The position numbers and the translations under genes are program-made. A model generated the notes under the pieces. That model ran no database searches. It was not told the DNA's origin and was given only the letters and a program-made list of their open reading frames with translations. From contig NW_021833881.1 of the NCBI RefSeq assembly GCF_006345805.1, positions 1 to 54,673 on the forward strand: a stretch of 54,673 nucleotides of DNA, given 5' to 3'. The stretch comes from Octopus sinensis. Lineage: Eukaryota. Positions 27,511 through 41,944 of the stretch are shown piece after piece; position 1 is the stretch's first letter; every line of letters begins with the position of its first letter.

Positions 27511-28441
27511 GCGTATATACACGCATACATACACGCACCCTAACACAATACATATCTATCTCAGTATATTTGTGTGTGTGTGTTTCTCTACCAGTATTAC
27601 ATAAAATCATGCATTATTACCCAAACACGTTTGAAGACAGGCACACATATATTGGTATATATATACACACACAAGTAACAATATATTACATGTATTCATT
27701 GTTACACACACTAGAAGCGTGTGGAGGGAGGGGAAAAAAAAGCAGCAAAAATAAAATTTATCTGATATTTCCAAAAGAATGCCGTGCTGTCTTATATGCA
27801 AGCAAGGACACTATCAGTGGCTGACTCATATTCTTGAGAGTCACACGAAATTTATGCATGAAGACGAAACGTCTTGTAGTTCGTCATTCGCTCATAGGGA
27901 AATAAGTATAAATATCTTCAGTTAATTATTATACCTGGAGCCTAGGGTTGTAATTAAGACGCCCTGGATATGATTCATAAACATTGCAATCGTTCTTAAC
28001 GGTTGTTGTGCGTGTGTATGTCAACGTTTTCAGTTCAGCACAAATCATTATTGAAATAATCAGCATGTACATATGTATATGTACATGAATATGATTATAT
28101 ATATATATACATATACATATATATATGTATGTATGTATATGTTTGTATATATACATAAATATATATACATACATATACATATATATATATACATACATAT
28201 ACATATATATACGTACATATATATGTATATGTATATATATGCATGTGTGTAATACTGTATGTATGCATTTGAATATATAATGGAATGCATGTGTGTATAG
28301 GTATATGTACGCATAATATGTGAATAATATGCGTATCTAAATGTAACTACACACAAATAAAGCCACATATGCCTGTATTTCTGACATTGTATCAATGTAT
28401 GTAATCATACATATATGTGTGTGTGTGTACGGTTATATATG

Positions 28442-28511
<70 letters not shown>

Positions 28512-28835
28512 GTATATATTTATACGCATAATCTTAACAATATTTTGTTCATATATATAATATATTTATACATACATATCTATGCATAATTGTATAAATA
28601 CATACATAGCTACATATAGATATGCGTATATATATATATATTATATATATATATATAATATATATATACATATATATAATATATATATATCTATGTATAT
28701 GTATGTATGTATGTATATGTGCATACATGAGCATGAAAATACATGCTTATGAATATACATTCATTACTTGTGTTAAATACACAGGCATAATAGGCCTGCC
28801 TCGTTATCGTTTCATACATACATGCATTCATACAT

Positions 28836-28849
<14 letters not shown>

Positions 28850-28874
<25 letters not shown>

Positions 28875-28890
28875 CGCACATATATATATA

Positions 28891-28936
<46 letters not shown>

Positions 28937-29234
28937 ATGTATATATATATATTTACGCACTCACACAGATGCAGTGAGACATATTACACGAATTATTCGC
29001 AAAATTTTATACGTGCCTCTCCATACACATTTGATTGTGTATTCAAACAGCATTTCACTGTCCCATATATCCCCTCCCTCGTTGTTCGTCTCTCTATCCA
29101 TAAGTATTTATCCTCCTATCTACCCTTCAGTATATCTTCTCTTCTTTTTCCTGCACTCTGGCGGGGCTGTGCCTGTGTACCAATATACATACATATATAT
29201 ATATTTATATATATACATACATATACATATATAC

Positions 29235-29314
<80 letters not shown>

Positions 29315-30061
29315 TATATATATATGCAATTATACGTAAGATATATGCGTATATATCTTATAATTTTGTGTATTGGTACATATGTAGCGGCCATCTAAAT
29401 TATATCTGTATTTAACAATGATTGTTAAATCTTTGTATTATCTATCTATCTACTTATCTCTCACTATCTATCTATCTTAACGATTTTCTTTCTCTATACA
29501 TACATAGTTACACACACATAACTAGATACATACATATCAGTTTCTGTCTCTCTTGCTTTCTCTCTGTCTATATCTATACACACACACATGTGTATATGTA
29601 TGTACACATGCACACACATATCTATATACATACACACACACGCACATATATACATGTAAGTATATGTATGTACATAGAGATTTGCACTCAACAACAATAC
29701 ATATATATGCATATACATATGCGGTTTTATATTTGCGCATATGCATAACATTATACCTCTACGTTTTATAATCATACATAAAGAATGATAGATAGATTTA
29801 GATGATGTGTGATTGCCTATACATATATATATATACATACATACATACACACATCATACATACATACATACATATATACACACATACATATATATGCATA
29901 TATATATATATATATATATTTGTGTATATATGTATATTCATATTTATATATACACACATACTTACGTACATATATATATATATATATATATAATATATTG
30001 ATATATTCTCGCATTCATACATAGATGTCTATACATTTATATATATATGCATATATAAATG

Positions 30062-30092
<31 letters not shown>

Positions 30093-30093
30093 G

Positions 30094-30160
<67 letters not shown>

Positions 30161-30485
30161 ATATATTTATATATATATGTATGTATATATATATTTACGC
30201 ACTCACACAGATGCAGTGAGACATATTTACACGAATTATTCGCAAAATTTTATACGTGCCTCTCCATACACATTTGATTGTGTATTCAAACAGCATTTCA
30301 CTGTCCCATATATCCCCTCCCTCGTTGTTCGTCTCTCTATCCATAAGTATTTATCCTCCTATCTACCCTTCAGTATATCTTCTCTTCTTTTTCCTGCACT
30401 CTGGCGGGGATGTGCCTGTGTACCAATATACATACATATATATATATTTATATATATACATACATATACATATATACATATATAT

Positions 30486-30527
<42 letters not shown>

Positions 30528-30542
30528 ATGTATATGTATGTA

Positions 30543-30586
<44 letters not shown>

Positions 30587-31355
30587 TGCAATTATACGTA
30601 AGATATATGCGTATATATCTTATAATTTTGTGTATTGGTACATATGTAGCGGCCATCTAAATTATATCTGTATTTAACAATGATTGTTAAATCTTTGTAT
30701 TATCTATCTATCTACTTATCTCTCTCTATCTATCTATCTTAACGATTTTCTTTCTCTATACATACATAGTTACACACACATAACTAGATACATACATATC
30801 AGTTTCTGTCTCTCTTGCTTTCTCTCTGTCTATATCTATACACACAAACATGTGTATATGTATATACACATGCACACACATATCTATATACATACACACA
30901 CACGCACATATATACATGTAAGTATATGTATGTACATAGAGATTTGCACTCAACAACAATACATATATATGCATATACATATGCGGTTTTATATTTGCGC
31001 ATATGCATAACATTATACCTCTACGTTTTATAATCATACATAAAGAATGATAGATAGATTTAGATGATGTGTGATTGCCTATACATATATATATATACAT
31101 ACATACATACACACACACACATATATATATATACATATATATATACATACATATATATATACATATATATATATATCTATATATATTTGTGTATATATGT
31201 ATATTCATATTTATATATACACACATACTTACGTACATATATATAATATATATATATATATATATAATATATTGATATATTCTCGCATTCATACATAGAT
31301 GTCTATACATTTATATATATATGCATATATAAATGCACACATACACACACACACA
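28850..31355. repeat. Near-identical tandem duplication of a ~1.25-kb microsatellite-rich unit
   Basis: Anchor ACGCACTCACACAGATGCAGTGAGAC at 28955 and 30197. The unique blocks differ at only about five positions; most differences are repeat-length changes. Confidence 0.95.
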
Positions 31356-32321
31356 TATATATATATATATTATATATATTCTTCCATATACATTTACATA
31401 TACATATATCGTTGTTTTTCTCTGTATTTGTAATTTATAGAACGTCTCAGAAATCTTTGCGTGAGGGACATAGAAGATGTGTAACAGCTATTTACAGGCA
31501 TTCCATACACTTGCAATGCTGTAATTAAAGCGTAGTGTAAAAGAGCGGTTATTATCTCCACTGTTCGAAATGGACACGCAATATAAAGGCAATTGTTCTG
31601 ATAGCATTAGAATTATAAAAGAAAAACACTTCCCAGCGGAGCAGTGTCTTAATTAAGAAAAATAGCAAAAAGACGATAGTTGGTATGAAGTTGTTTGAAA
31701 GACATAAATAGTTCAAACTATTATAATGCCAAACAAAAGAAAAAAATATCCACCGGTGTAATCACGATAGATTAGATTCTTAGCTACGAGGAAGTAAGAT
31801 AAGAAAGAAGAGAAAGAGAAAGAAAAACAAGAAAGGGATGTGGAAGTAGAAGAAGTAGAAAGTTGTGTATTCATTCCAATTAATATTAGACTAACACATC
31901 CATCTTGATTGTCTCTCTTAGTAGTCAAGCAACTATCAAATTGGGCTGAGGCGAAGGCGAAGGAAAATGAGAATGCCATGGATAGCGCCTTGATAAATTC
32001 TATTATTGTTATTATCTGTGGTGTGGTACATGATGTTAAACTGTCGTTTCATATAGTAGCTATCGTTATTTTTATTTCATGATAGATCTATATATATTTC
32101 TTTGACATCTCTGCTATTTGGCTAACAGATATTGTACCTCATAACAATATCACCATGCAAGATTTCATGCTGTTTCGAAACTCCTTAGGTGCTTCCATCT
32201 TTCAAATCAATTGACATTGTTCCCTACTCTGTGTTTTATACTACACAATAGTGGGTTTATTCCGATATTGAATAATGATAAAACCAACAACAATAACAAC
32301 AACAACAACAACAACAACAAC

Positions 32322-32359
<38 letters not shown>

Positions 32360-32388
32360 TAATAATAATAATAATATAATAATAATAA

Positions 32389-32419
<31 letters not shown>

Positions 32420-32422
<3 letters not shown>

Positions 32423-33782
32423 GGTTGTCAAGTAAGTTCTTGCGGAATTTTTAATTTTGGTTTTAAATGATGTATTTTCAAATTAATTTTCGTTAAATTA
32501 CTTAACTTTATATATCATTTTATAACCCGTTTTTGCTCTATTTAATTGTGTTACTCTTTTTCTTTTTGAATAATTAGGCCATTTTTTCCGGAACGTTGAG
32601 TACACCATAGACAAAAAGATAGGCCGAAAAGCTGCTAAAGCAGCTCACGATATCAACGATGCGTTTGGCCCAGGAACCACTAATGGACGTACAGCACAAT
32701 TGTGGTTCAAGAAAGTTCGTAGCGGTGACGATAGTCTTGAAGATGATAAGCGTAGCAGTCAGCCATCATATATTGACAACGATCAACTAAGAGCCTTAGT
32801 CGAAGCCAATCCACGCACAACTGTTCGAGAGCTTGCTTCTGAATTAGACGTAACGTCTCCAACAATTTTCAACCACTTGAAAGAGATTGGAAAAACAAAA
32901 ATACTTGAGAAATGGGTGCCGCACGAGTTGAACGATAACCAAAAAAAAAAACACCGTTTTGAAGTGTCATCATCCCTTCTTTTACGCAACAAGAAGGCCC
33001 CTTCTGTCGACCGGAATGTATGGAATGCCTGTAAATAGCTGTTACACATCTATATCCCTCAAGCAAAGATTTCTGAGATGTTCTATAAATTATAAATACA
33101 GAGAAAAACAATATATGTATATTTAAATGTATTGCGATGAAAAGTGGATTCTTTACGACAACCGGCGACGCTCAGCTCAGTGGTTGGACGCCGACGAAGC
33201 TCCACGGCACTTCCGGAAGCCAAAGTTGCACCAAAAGAAGGTCATGGTGACTGTTTGGTGGTCTGCGGCCGGTCTCATCCATCAGAGCTTTTTCTATCCA
33301 GGAAAATCCATTAGGGCGGAGAAGTACTATCAGCAAATGGGGGAAATGCATAAGAAACTCCGACAACAACAGCCAGCATTGGTCAATAGAAAAGGACCAA
33401 TTCTTCACCACGACAATACTCGGCCGCACGTCACACAACTGACCCTGCAGAAGTTGAACGAAATGGGCTACGAAACTCTGCCTCATCTGCCATACTCTCT
33501 AGACCTTTCGCCTACCGACTACCACATTTTTAAGCATCTCGAAAACTTTCTGCGTGAGAAATGCTTCACAAACCAAGACGATGCCAAACACGCCTTCAAC
33601 GACTTCATCACCACCAGAACGCAGGATTTTTACGCTAATAGCATTAATAAACTTGTTTCGCGTTAGCAAAAGTGTGTTGATTCTGACGGTGTTTATTTCG
33701 ATTGATAGAATTTTATTTGAGCCGAGATATGTGAATCTGAATTTAAAGGTTAAAAACTGCAAGAAATTTCTTGACAACCTAA
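32420..33782 (+). mobile_element. Full-length but disrupted mariner (Hsmar1/SETMAR-like D,D34D transposase) within an (AAT)n array
   Basis: TIRs TAGGTTGTCAAGTAAGTTCTTGCGGAATTTT / AAAACTGCAAGAAATTTCTTGACAACCTAA. Motifs WFKKVRSGDDSLED, KWVPHELN, CDEKWILYDN, KVMVTVWW, HHDNTRPH, PYSLDLSPTDYH. Broken by an insertion and a premature stop. Confidence 0.95.
33017..33132 (-). other. 116-bp insertion in the transposase that is an inverted copy of 31388-31509
   Basis: Reverse complement ...TTGTTTTTCTCTGTATTTATAATTTATAGAACATCTCAGAAATCTTTGCTTGAGGGATATAGATGTGTAACAGCTATTTACAGGCATTCCATACA aligns with 31388-31509, with a few substitutions and indels. Confidence 0.9.
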
Positions 33783-33801
33783 TAATAATAGTAATAATTG
33801 T

Positions 33802-34289
33802 TTTGTCTTCGTACGAAAGATGGGCTATAACAAATATTCTGCTCAATAGCACAGATTTGCTTGTCAGTTGTTTGACCGTAACCATTTGAGCATGTCCCTT
33901 AGTGGCTGGCGATATGTGCATCTCTGATCACCTTAACCAGTTGAACATGTCCCTTAGTGGCTGACGATATGTGCATCTCTGATCACAAGCAGAAGTAGTT
34001 GGGGAGTATCATAGTCATGTATTGAGAGGAATTCTTTAGGGTTTGGATAACTCACCTCTGGAAATGTGAGTGTTTCGTTCAACATCCTTAAACCATTTAT
34101 TCAGGGGCCTTTTGAGCGGGATGGGGCTACTCGACCTGAAGAAAATTCTAACTGGGGCACACCTGCAAGGTCTTGCGCTATTTGTCTTCATATGGGATCA
34201 CCATGTCGCGCGTATACGGTTGTGATGCATGTGACGACGGCTAGGCATGATGAGTATATTGGGCTTCGTATATTTTAGTCCAGTTTCAC
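33802..34289 (-). mobile_element. Unclassified ~475-bp interspersed repeat, copy 1 (truncated at its right end, with a ~57-bp internal tandem duplication)
   Basis: Colinear with 38482-38959 and flanked by AAT repeats. Strand is inferred from the shared left end and variable right end. Confidence 0.75.
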
Positions 34290-35064
34290 AATAATAATAT
34301 TATATTATAGGCATTAAGCCTGAAAATTTGGTGGTGGGGACCTATTCGATTACGCTAACCCCAGTAATCTACTAGTACTGATCGTATTTACCACGAAATG
34401 GAGTATGTAATATGTTAACATGTTGCAGGTTTTATTCAAATTAGTAATGTTACTGCTCTCAGTGCTATTTTACATTTTTACATTTCCTTATTATTTCAAT
34501 TATTTACACGTAGATTTCCACATTTTGTTTTTGTAGGGATTCTTAAAGTTTTTTTTTTGTTTTAAATGTATATTATTTTCACATATTTCTGGGATGATAA
34601 CGACGATGATGATGACGATGATGGTGATGATGACACTGATGATGATGATGATGACGATATTGATGACGCTAATGGTGATGGTAGTGGTGGTGGTGGTGGT
34701 TGGTGGTGGTAACGGGGCTAGTATTACTGGTGGAACTTTCATAAAAAATATTTGGGGAGACGAAATTAGTTTACAAACACTATAATATATTTAAACGCAA
34801 AACAAAAGAATTGAAACAAAATGCAGGTAGCCTATCGACAACAAACAAGCATTCAGACCGAATATGACATTGTGCGATGTTTGAGATAACCCAGTCTGAA
34901 ATATCGTGAAACGGTCCGCTTTTCGTGTTTCTTTTATGCATATAATTTTTCTTTATATATAATATATGTGTGTGCGTGTGTGTGTGTAATATTTAATTCC
35001 AATCTATGCACACTGGGACATGTTATGACTGTAAAGACAAATGAGAAGATAGCATGGATATATA

Positions 35065-35104
<40 letters not shown>

Positions 35105-35235
35105 TATATATATATTATATACATACATACATACATACATATATACATACATATAAATAAATATATACATATATATACATACATAAATATATATGTTTAT
35201 ATATATATACCTTCATACATACACACGTATATATG

Positions 35236-35287
<52 letters not shown>

Positions 35288-35355
35288 TGTAGACAGACAG
35301 ACAGGTAGATAGCTAGATATATAGACATACAGATAGATAGATAGATAGATAGATT

Positions 35356-35418
<63 letters not shown>

Positions 35419-35419
35419 T

Positions 35420-35453
<34 letters not shown>

Positions 35454-35811
35454 CAGATATAGGTTGTACGTATACATTTTTTCATACGAAAATACATACA
35501 TTCCCAAAATACATATATTTTGGAAATCTAGGTTGAAAATTCAAGATACCAGATGCCAAGAAATTACCAATTCCTGCCACCACTGAGCACATAGTAGATA
35601 GATCAAGAAAGGACTTGGGAAATAAATTCGCGACTGGAGTATTCTTTAGTTATTCCTGTTTTCACTTGGTTGAAAGATAAAAGTCTATGCACCAGACACA
35701 TGTAGTGGAGCAAAAGTTGAAACAAAAGAAGGGTCCCAAACCCCACAATGTTTACGACCTATCTATGTCTCCTTTGCACACACGCACTTGGAAAACGGCA
35801 TGCGCACATAT

Positions 35812-35845
<34 letters not shown>

Positions 35846-36059
35846 CACACACACACACATATATATATATATATGTGTGTGTGATATATATATAAATATA
35901 TATATATATATTTACCAATGTATGTATATTCCATATTCATAAATATTCTTCGTTATTTTATGTATATTACAAATCAAACATTATGTGTATATTATTATAC
36001 ACACACATACAGATATATATATTATAATATACATATATATATGTATTATATATATATAG

Positions 36060-36099
<40 letters not shown>

Positions 36100-36942
36100 T
36101 ATATGATATATATACATATAATATAATATATATATAATATATATATGTAAGCAAATATATATACATATATACATACTTACATATATTGTGTGTATTATGT
36201 ATATATATATATATATATATATACTTATACATATGTACACACATACACATAACAAGCTACATTCACAAACTCGTCAGCTGGAAATATATAGAAAGTTGTT
36301 GTCTTTCTTGTTAAATAGTCTACAAGTAAAAACATACACAAACAGAACCACACGCATTCATACACGTCCCCTCCCCCTCCCACATGCAACATTTTGTGTC
36401 GGTCGTCTATACTGTTCACTTTGAACTTTGTTGTGACTTGCAACAAAATTTTTTTGTGTATTATTCTTGTTTGGAAACTAAATCTGGGAATTGTCTCTCA
36501 CCGCCATCGTCCGTCTTGTTGTCTTCAATGTCGGTAAAGTCGTTATTATCAACGTCATCAGCACCGTCGTCGTCGTCGTCGTCATCGTCATCATCATTGA
36601 AATGAACATTTTCTTCGTTATCATTATACTTTTGCGAAACGTCGCGAAATGTGCTAGAGGGAATCATTATCAAGATTAAATTACCTATTATGTATGTATG
36701 TATATATGTATGTATGTTGTATGTACGTATGTATGTATGAATGTATGTATATATGTATGTATGTATGTATATATGTATGTATGTATGTATGCATGCATGC
36801 ATGCATGTATGTATGTATGTATGTATGTATGTATGCATGCATGCATGTATGTATGTATGTATGCATGCATGTATGTATGTATGTATGTATGTATGTATGC
36901 ATGTATGTATGCTCTCTCTCTCTCTCTTCCTATCAATCTGAG

Positions 36943-37234
36943 ACCCCCTTCGGTCGTGACTGACAAAGGGATTGCACCTACAAAGTTACCCTCCCAGGCA
37001 AAAATATCCGGGAAAGGTTTTTTCATTGAAGACAAGCAGTCGCCCATGTATACCGGCCTCCCCTCTCCACGCCACCAGTGTTATCCAAGGGAAAGGCAAC
37101 TCATTTCCACAGCGGAGTAAACTGGAGCAACGTGAAACGAAGTGTCTTCATCAAGAACACAACTCGCAGCCCGGTCCGGGATTCGAACTCACAACCAGAC
37201 GATCGTCAGCTCAACGCTCTAACCACTGAACCAT
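36943..37234 (-). mobile_element. CORE-like tRNA-derived SINE, copy 1
   Basis: Minus strand ATGGTTCAGTGGTTAGAGCG...GAGTTCGAATCCCGG...TTGTGTTCTTGATGAAGACAC...GTTGCTCCAGTTTACTCCGCTGTGGAAATGAG. Homologous to 47833-48149. Confidence 0.8.
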
Positions 37235-37677
37235 GTCTAAACACAAGGACAGAACTTTTCGTATCATGCCCACATGTGACTAAATTTCTGTTACGTTTTT
37301 GGTCCCCTAAAGAAAACAGATAGAACATGCTATCTATGTTATGTCCCAAGAAGATTTTATATATTTTTATATATTTTTTATTTATTTTTTATGTATTTTT
37401 ATATAATTTTTATGACGAAAAATGCGAGCGATGTATAAGTACGCAGGCAAGCAGAGTTATAACACAGTAATTTCCCTTTGTATAACGGTATTTTTTCATA
37501 GCGTTTTCAAATAGCCAGATAACCGAAGAGATGGTGTTGTGGATTTCCACTTCGGCATCTGAAACTCAGAGTTTTATCTTGACTATTGAGTAATGTAACA
37601 TATTATTGTATAGATATATTTCCTCTATTTACATAATATTGAGGTCTCTTTCCGTCTTTTGTTATCTTACCGTTTTA

Positions 37678-37718
<41 letters not shown>

Positions 37719-37769
37719 CGCAATCTCCCTCTCGTTCCCTGTCTGTCTGTCTCCCTCAGTCTGTATGTA

Positions 37770-37817
<48 letters not shown>

Positions 37818-38450
37818 GTTACCTAGTCAACAATAGCGTATGCAATTACTGTGAGCTAGCTAATTGAATAAACCCTGTCCATGTCTACACGATATGTCTC
37901 GGGGTTCTTCATCTTATCAACCCTTCTGTGCATTCATCTCCGATTCTCATTCTAAATATTCACAACAACCTTCCATATTCCGAAATGCAAACCTCAAAAT
38001 GTTTATATATTTCCTTTCTCACTATTCCTGAAGCCTTTGTCTTGGATACACTGAAATTGAACACTAATCTATTGCATCTCACCACTCTCTTCATAGTGTA
38101 GCATAATGCTTCTCATTTTTCACTTCCTATGTTTCTCTTCATAATCTATCTTTCAACAACAACAATCACAATTAGCCCTAAGCTGCAGTTGACTCCAAGA
38201 CCGGATTTCATGCAACGCCCGTCCAGAGATCTTTTCTAGGTTTCTGTGCACTGATACTAAATTTTTTTCTTTAACATAACAATTGTTAACTATTTTTCAT
38301 AGATTGAAATAAGATTAAAATAATAAAATACCCCCCAAAAGGAGAAAAATAATCTTCGTAAATAATTATCTTCACCTGGAGACAAAGAGTTTGACATTTG
38401 ACATTTGCTATAAGACATGCAATGGTATCATATCAAAACAAACGATATAC

Positions 38451-38481
<31 letters not shown>

Positions 38482-38482
<1 letters not shown>

Positions 38483-38959
38483 TTGTCTTGGTATAAAAGA
38501 TGGGCTACAGCAAATATTCTGCTCAACACCACAGATTTGCTTGTCAGTTGTTTGACCTTAACCAGTTGAGCATGTCCCTTAGTGGCTGACGATATGTGCA
38601 TCTCTGATCACGAACAGGAGTAGTAGGGGAGCATCATAGCTATGTGCTAAAAGGAATTCTTGGAGGTTTGGATAATTCACCTTTGAAAACATGGGTGTTT
38701 TGTTCAACACCCTTAAACAATCCTTATTCAGGGACCTTTTCAGCAGGATGGGCTACTCAACCAGACGAAAATTCTAACTGGGCCCCACCTGCAAGGTCAT
38801 GCGTTGTTTATCTTGATATGAGATCACCATATCGTGCACATATGGTTGTGATGAATGTGCCTAGTGTATCCTTATCAGACAGGTAGTCATGATGGGTATA
38901 CTAGGCTTCGTATATTTGAACCCAGTGTCACTTTGATGGCATGCACTGTTCTCTCATTC
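38482..38959 (-). mobile_element. Unclassified ~475-bp interspersed repeat, copy 2, between (AAT)n arrays
   Basis: Colinear with 33802-34289; no tRNA head, TIR or ORF seen. Confidence 0.8.
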
Positions 38960-38974
38960 AATAACAACAACAAC

Positions 38975-39032
<58 letters not shown>

Positions 39033-39033
<1 letters not shown>

Positions 39034-41613
39034 TAACCCCAAAACGTTCTACCAAGAACTGGGCAAAAATAAAATAGAAGTCACTGCAGCACCAACGGCA
39101 GAAGAATTGGAAGAATTCTGGAGAGAAATATGGTCGGCGAACGAACCACCAAAAAAAAAAAGGAGTATCAAAATAACAAACTCGGCATCTGAACAACTTT
39201 GGACCCCCATAACAACTGAAGAGGTCACCCAGGCACTGCAAAGACTAAGCAACTGGAAGGCACCTGGGCATGGCAAGATCCCCAACTTCTGGTTGAAATA
39301 TCTAACAGGAATGCACAAAAAGCTGGCTGAAAACTTTAACAACGTACTAGCAGAGCCAGAGACAATGCCTGAATGGCTCACGAAGGGGAAAACCATCTTA
39401 ATTCCCAAATCAAATGAAACAGAAAAACCAGAAAACTACAGACCAATAACCTGCCTCCCTACTATGTTCAAGGCATTTACTGCAGTGATATCACAAAGGC
39501 TGAACAGCACCTGGACGAAAACAAACTGTTCCAGAAGAGCAGAAAGGATGCCGCAAAGGCTCATATGGCTGTAAAGATCAACTAATGATTAATAAAGCCA
39601 TAACTGAAGACAGCCACAGAAAGAAGAAAGGCCTCAGTATGGCCTGGATTGACTACAAAAAGGCGTTTGATAGCATCCCCCACACATGGATCCTCGAAAC
39701 ACTAGCCATTAACAAAGTAGCACCAACAATCATAAAATTCATAGAGCACTCTATGAATAAATGGCAAACAGTCCTACACCTCCAAACAAAGAGGGACTCA
39801 TGAAAACCAAAGACATCCCCATTAGAAGAGGAATATTCCAGGGAGACACGCTCTCTCCACTCCTTTTCTGCTTGGCACTGTCACCTCTATCTGATATGCT
39901 AAATAGAACTGGATGCGGATATAATGTTACGGCCAAAACGATCAGCCACCTTTTATATATGGATGACCTAAAACTATACGCTGCAAATGACAAAAGCTGG
40001 AAACACTATTAAAGACAGTTCATGGATTTACCAAAGAAATAGATATGAAATTTGGATTAGAAAAATGCGCCAAAGTAACCATGAAAAGAGGAAAAATAGT
40101 TAGAGTAACAACATCACACTAGATAAAACCAATGAAATAAAAGAATTAGACCAAAGCCAAACTTACAAATACTTAGGAATCCATGAACTAGATAAGACAC
40201 AACACACACAAATGAAAGAGAAAATAAAAAAGAATATTATAGACGAGTTAGATCAATACTAAAACAGAGCTCAATGCTAAAAACAAGATAATAGGTATCA
40301 ACACTTAGCTGTACAGCTGTCCCCGTATAGTTAAGCTACAATATCCTTAACTGGACACGAAATGAACTGACCAAAATAGAGAGGAAAACAAGAAAAATAA
40401 TGACAGGATCTAGGATGCATCACCCAAAATCTGACATAGAAAGACTATATATACAACGTATAGAAGGTGGTAGAGGCCTTATACAGCTGGAAAACTACTA
40501 TAAAATAACCACCATAGGACTGCAAAAATATCTACTTCAGAAGGAAGGAAAACTGATCCAGATAGCGGCAAAAAACGAGAAAACAAAAAAAAACTGTTCT
40601 CAGTATTTAAGGAAGCTGACAAATACAAACAAGAAATCATACCACCTAATAAACATGAAGAAGAAGAAGAAGAAGATGGAGAAACAACAAAAGCTATAAA
40701 ACAAATGAAATCCAAACTAAAAATAGAACAGCAACGAACCATGATAAAACGATGGCAAGCCCCTTCATGGTAAATACTGGACTAAACTAAACGCAAAAGA
40801 AATAGACAAAGAAAAATTCCAGCAATGGTTGAGAAGCTCAGGACTCAAAGCAGAAACAGAGGGATTTTTAATTGCAGCACAAGACCAAAGCCTCCCCACC
40901 AGAAATTACCAAAAACATGTAATGAAAAGAAATATTACAAGTAACTGCAGAATATGTGGAGATGGACAAGAAACAATAAATCATATTATCTCTAGCTGCC
41001 CAGTCCTGGCTAAGAAGGAATATATTCACAGACATGACAGAGTTGGAACCTGCATACATTGGAAGCTATGCTAACATTATGGAATAACAACAGAAAAAAG
41101 ATGGTATAGGCACACACCAGAAAAGGTCACAGAAAACGAGAAAGCAACCATACTCTGGGATATGCCGATACACACAGACAGAGAAAGTAAGGCCAACAGA
41201 CCAGATATAGTTGTCAGAGACCATGAAGAAAAAAAAATGCTTTCTAATTGATGTATCAATACCGGCTGATGACAACGTGTCTCTAAAAGAAATGGAGAAA
41301 CTCTCAAAATACAAAGACCTGGAAATAGAGGTAACTAGAATGTGGAACCTGAAAACAGAAACAATTCCTATCATAGTAGGTGCATTAGGCATGATAAAAA
41401 AATATTCAGACAAATACATAACAAAAACACCAGGACTTACAAACACATATAACATACAGAAAATTGCACTACTAGGCACTGCACACATCCTACGCAGAAC
41501 ACTTTCCATACAATAACCATCAGAGCATCACAACAAATCACAGCACATACCCAAGGCACACAGAGCTGCGCTCGGTAGTGAAGTGAAAGCACGCTATAAA
41601 AATAAAACTACTG
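39033..41613 (+). mobile_element. 5'-truncated R4/Dong-type non-LTR retrotransposon (RT, CCHC knuckle, RLE), pseudogenised, inserted in (AAT)n
   Basis: Motifs [88 protein letters not shown]...KLSKY. Several frameshifts and stops. (AAT)n on both sides, matching the known Dong preference for TAA repeats. Confidence 0.93.
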
Positions 41614-41641
41614 AATAATAATGATAATAATAATAATAATG

Positions 41642-41710
<69 letters not shown>

Positions 41711-41712
<2 letters not shown>

Positions 41713-41876
41713 CATGATTTTCTTATGTTTTAAACATTCTCTAGAACAATAATATGTGCCAAACCAAATATATGATACCTTAGGCATAACACCAACTTGA
41801 ACTTCTAACTTGTCTCTTGAGGTCTCTGGGTGAGACTTGGAGTCAACCTGTACAAATATAAAGCAAAAGTCAAACA
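41711..41876 (+). mobile_element. Short unique segment between (AAT)n arrays; probably the 3' UTR stub of a second Dong-like family
   Basis: Ends GGTCTCTGGGTGAGACTTGGAGTCAACCTGTACAAATATAAAGCAAAAGTCAAACA|TAATAAT. The assignment rests on context and my recollection only. Confidence 0.45.
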
Positions 41877-41911
41877 TAATAATAATAATAATGATGATGA
41901 TGATAATAATG

Positions 41912-41944
<33 letters not shown>

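Noticed and set aside
37850-38230. Minus-strand FSVSKTK resembling an RT thumb motif
   Set aside because: Too short and not supported by neighbouring motifs.
38880-38959. Possible twister or HDV-like ribozyme at the 5' end of the 475-bp element (minus strand)
   Set aside because: Only short motifs (ACACUG, AAGCC) match. Loop lengths and pseudoknot pairings do not fit by eye; a covariance-model search is needed.
38855-39574. 239-aa ORF with an N-terminal extension and poly-Asn
   Set aside because: It is a chance fusion of the 475-bp element, an (AAT)n array and the truncated Dong ORF, not a real N-terminus.
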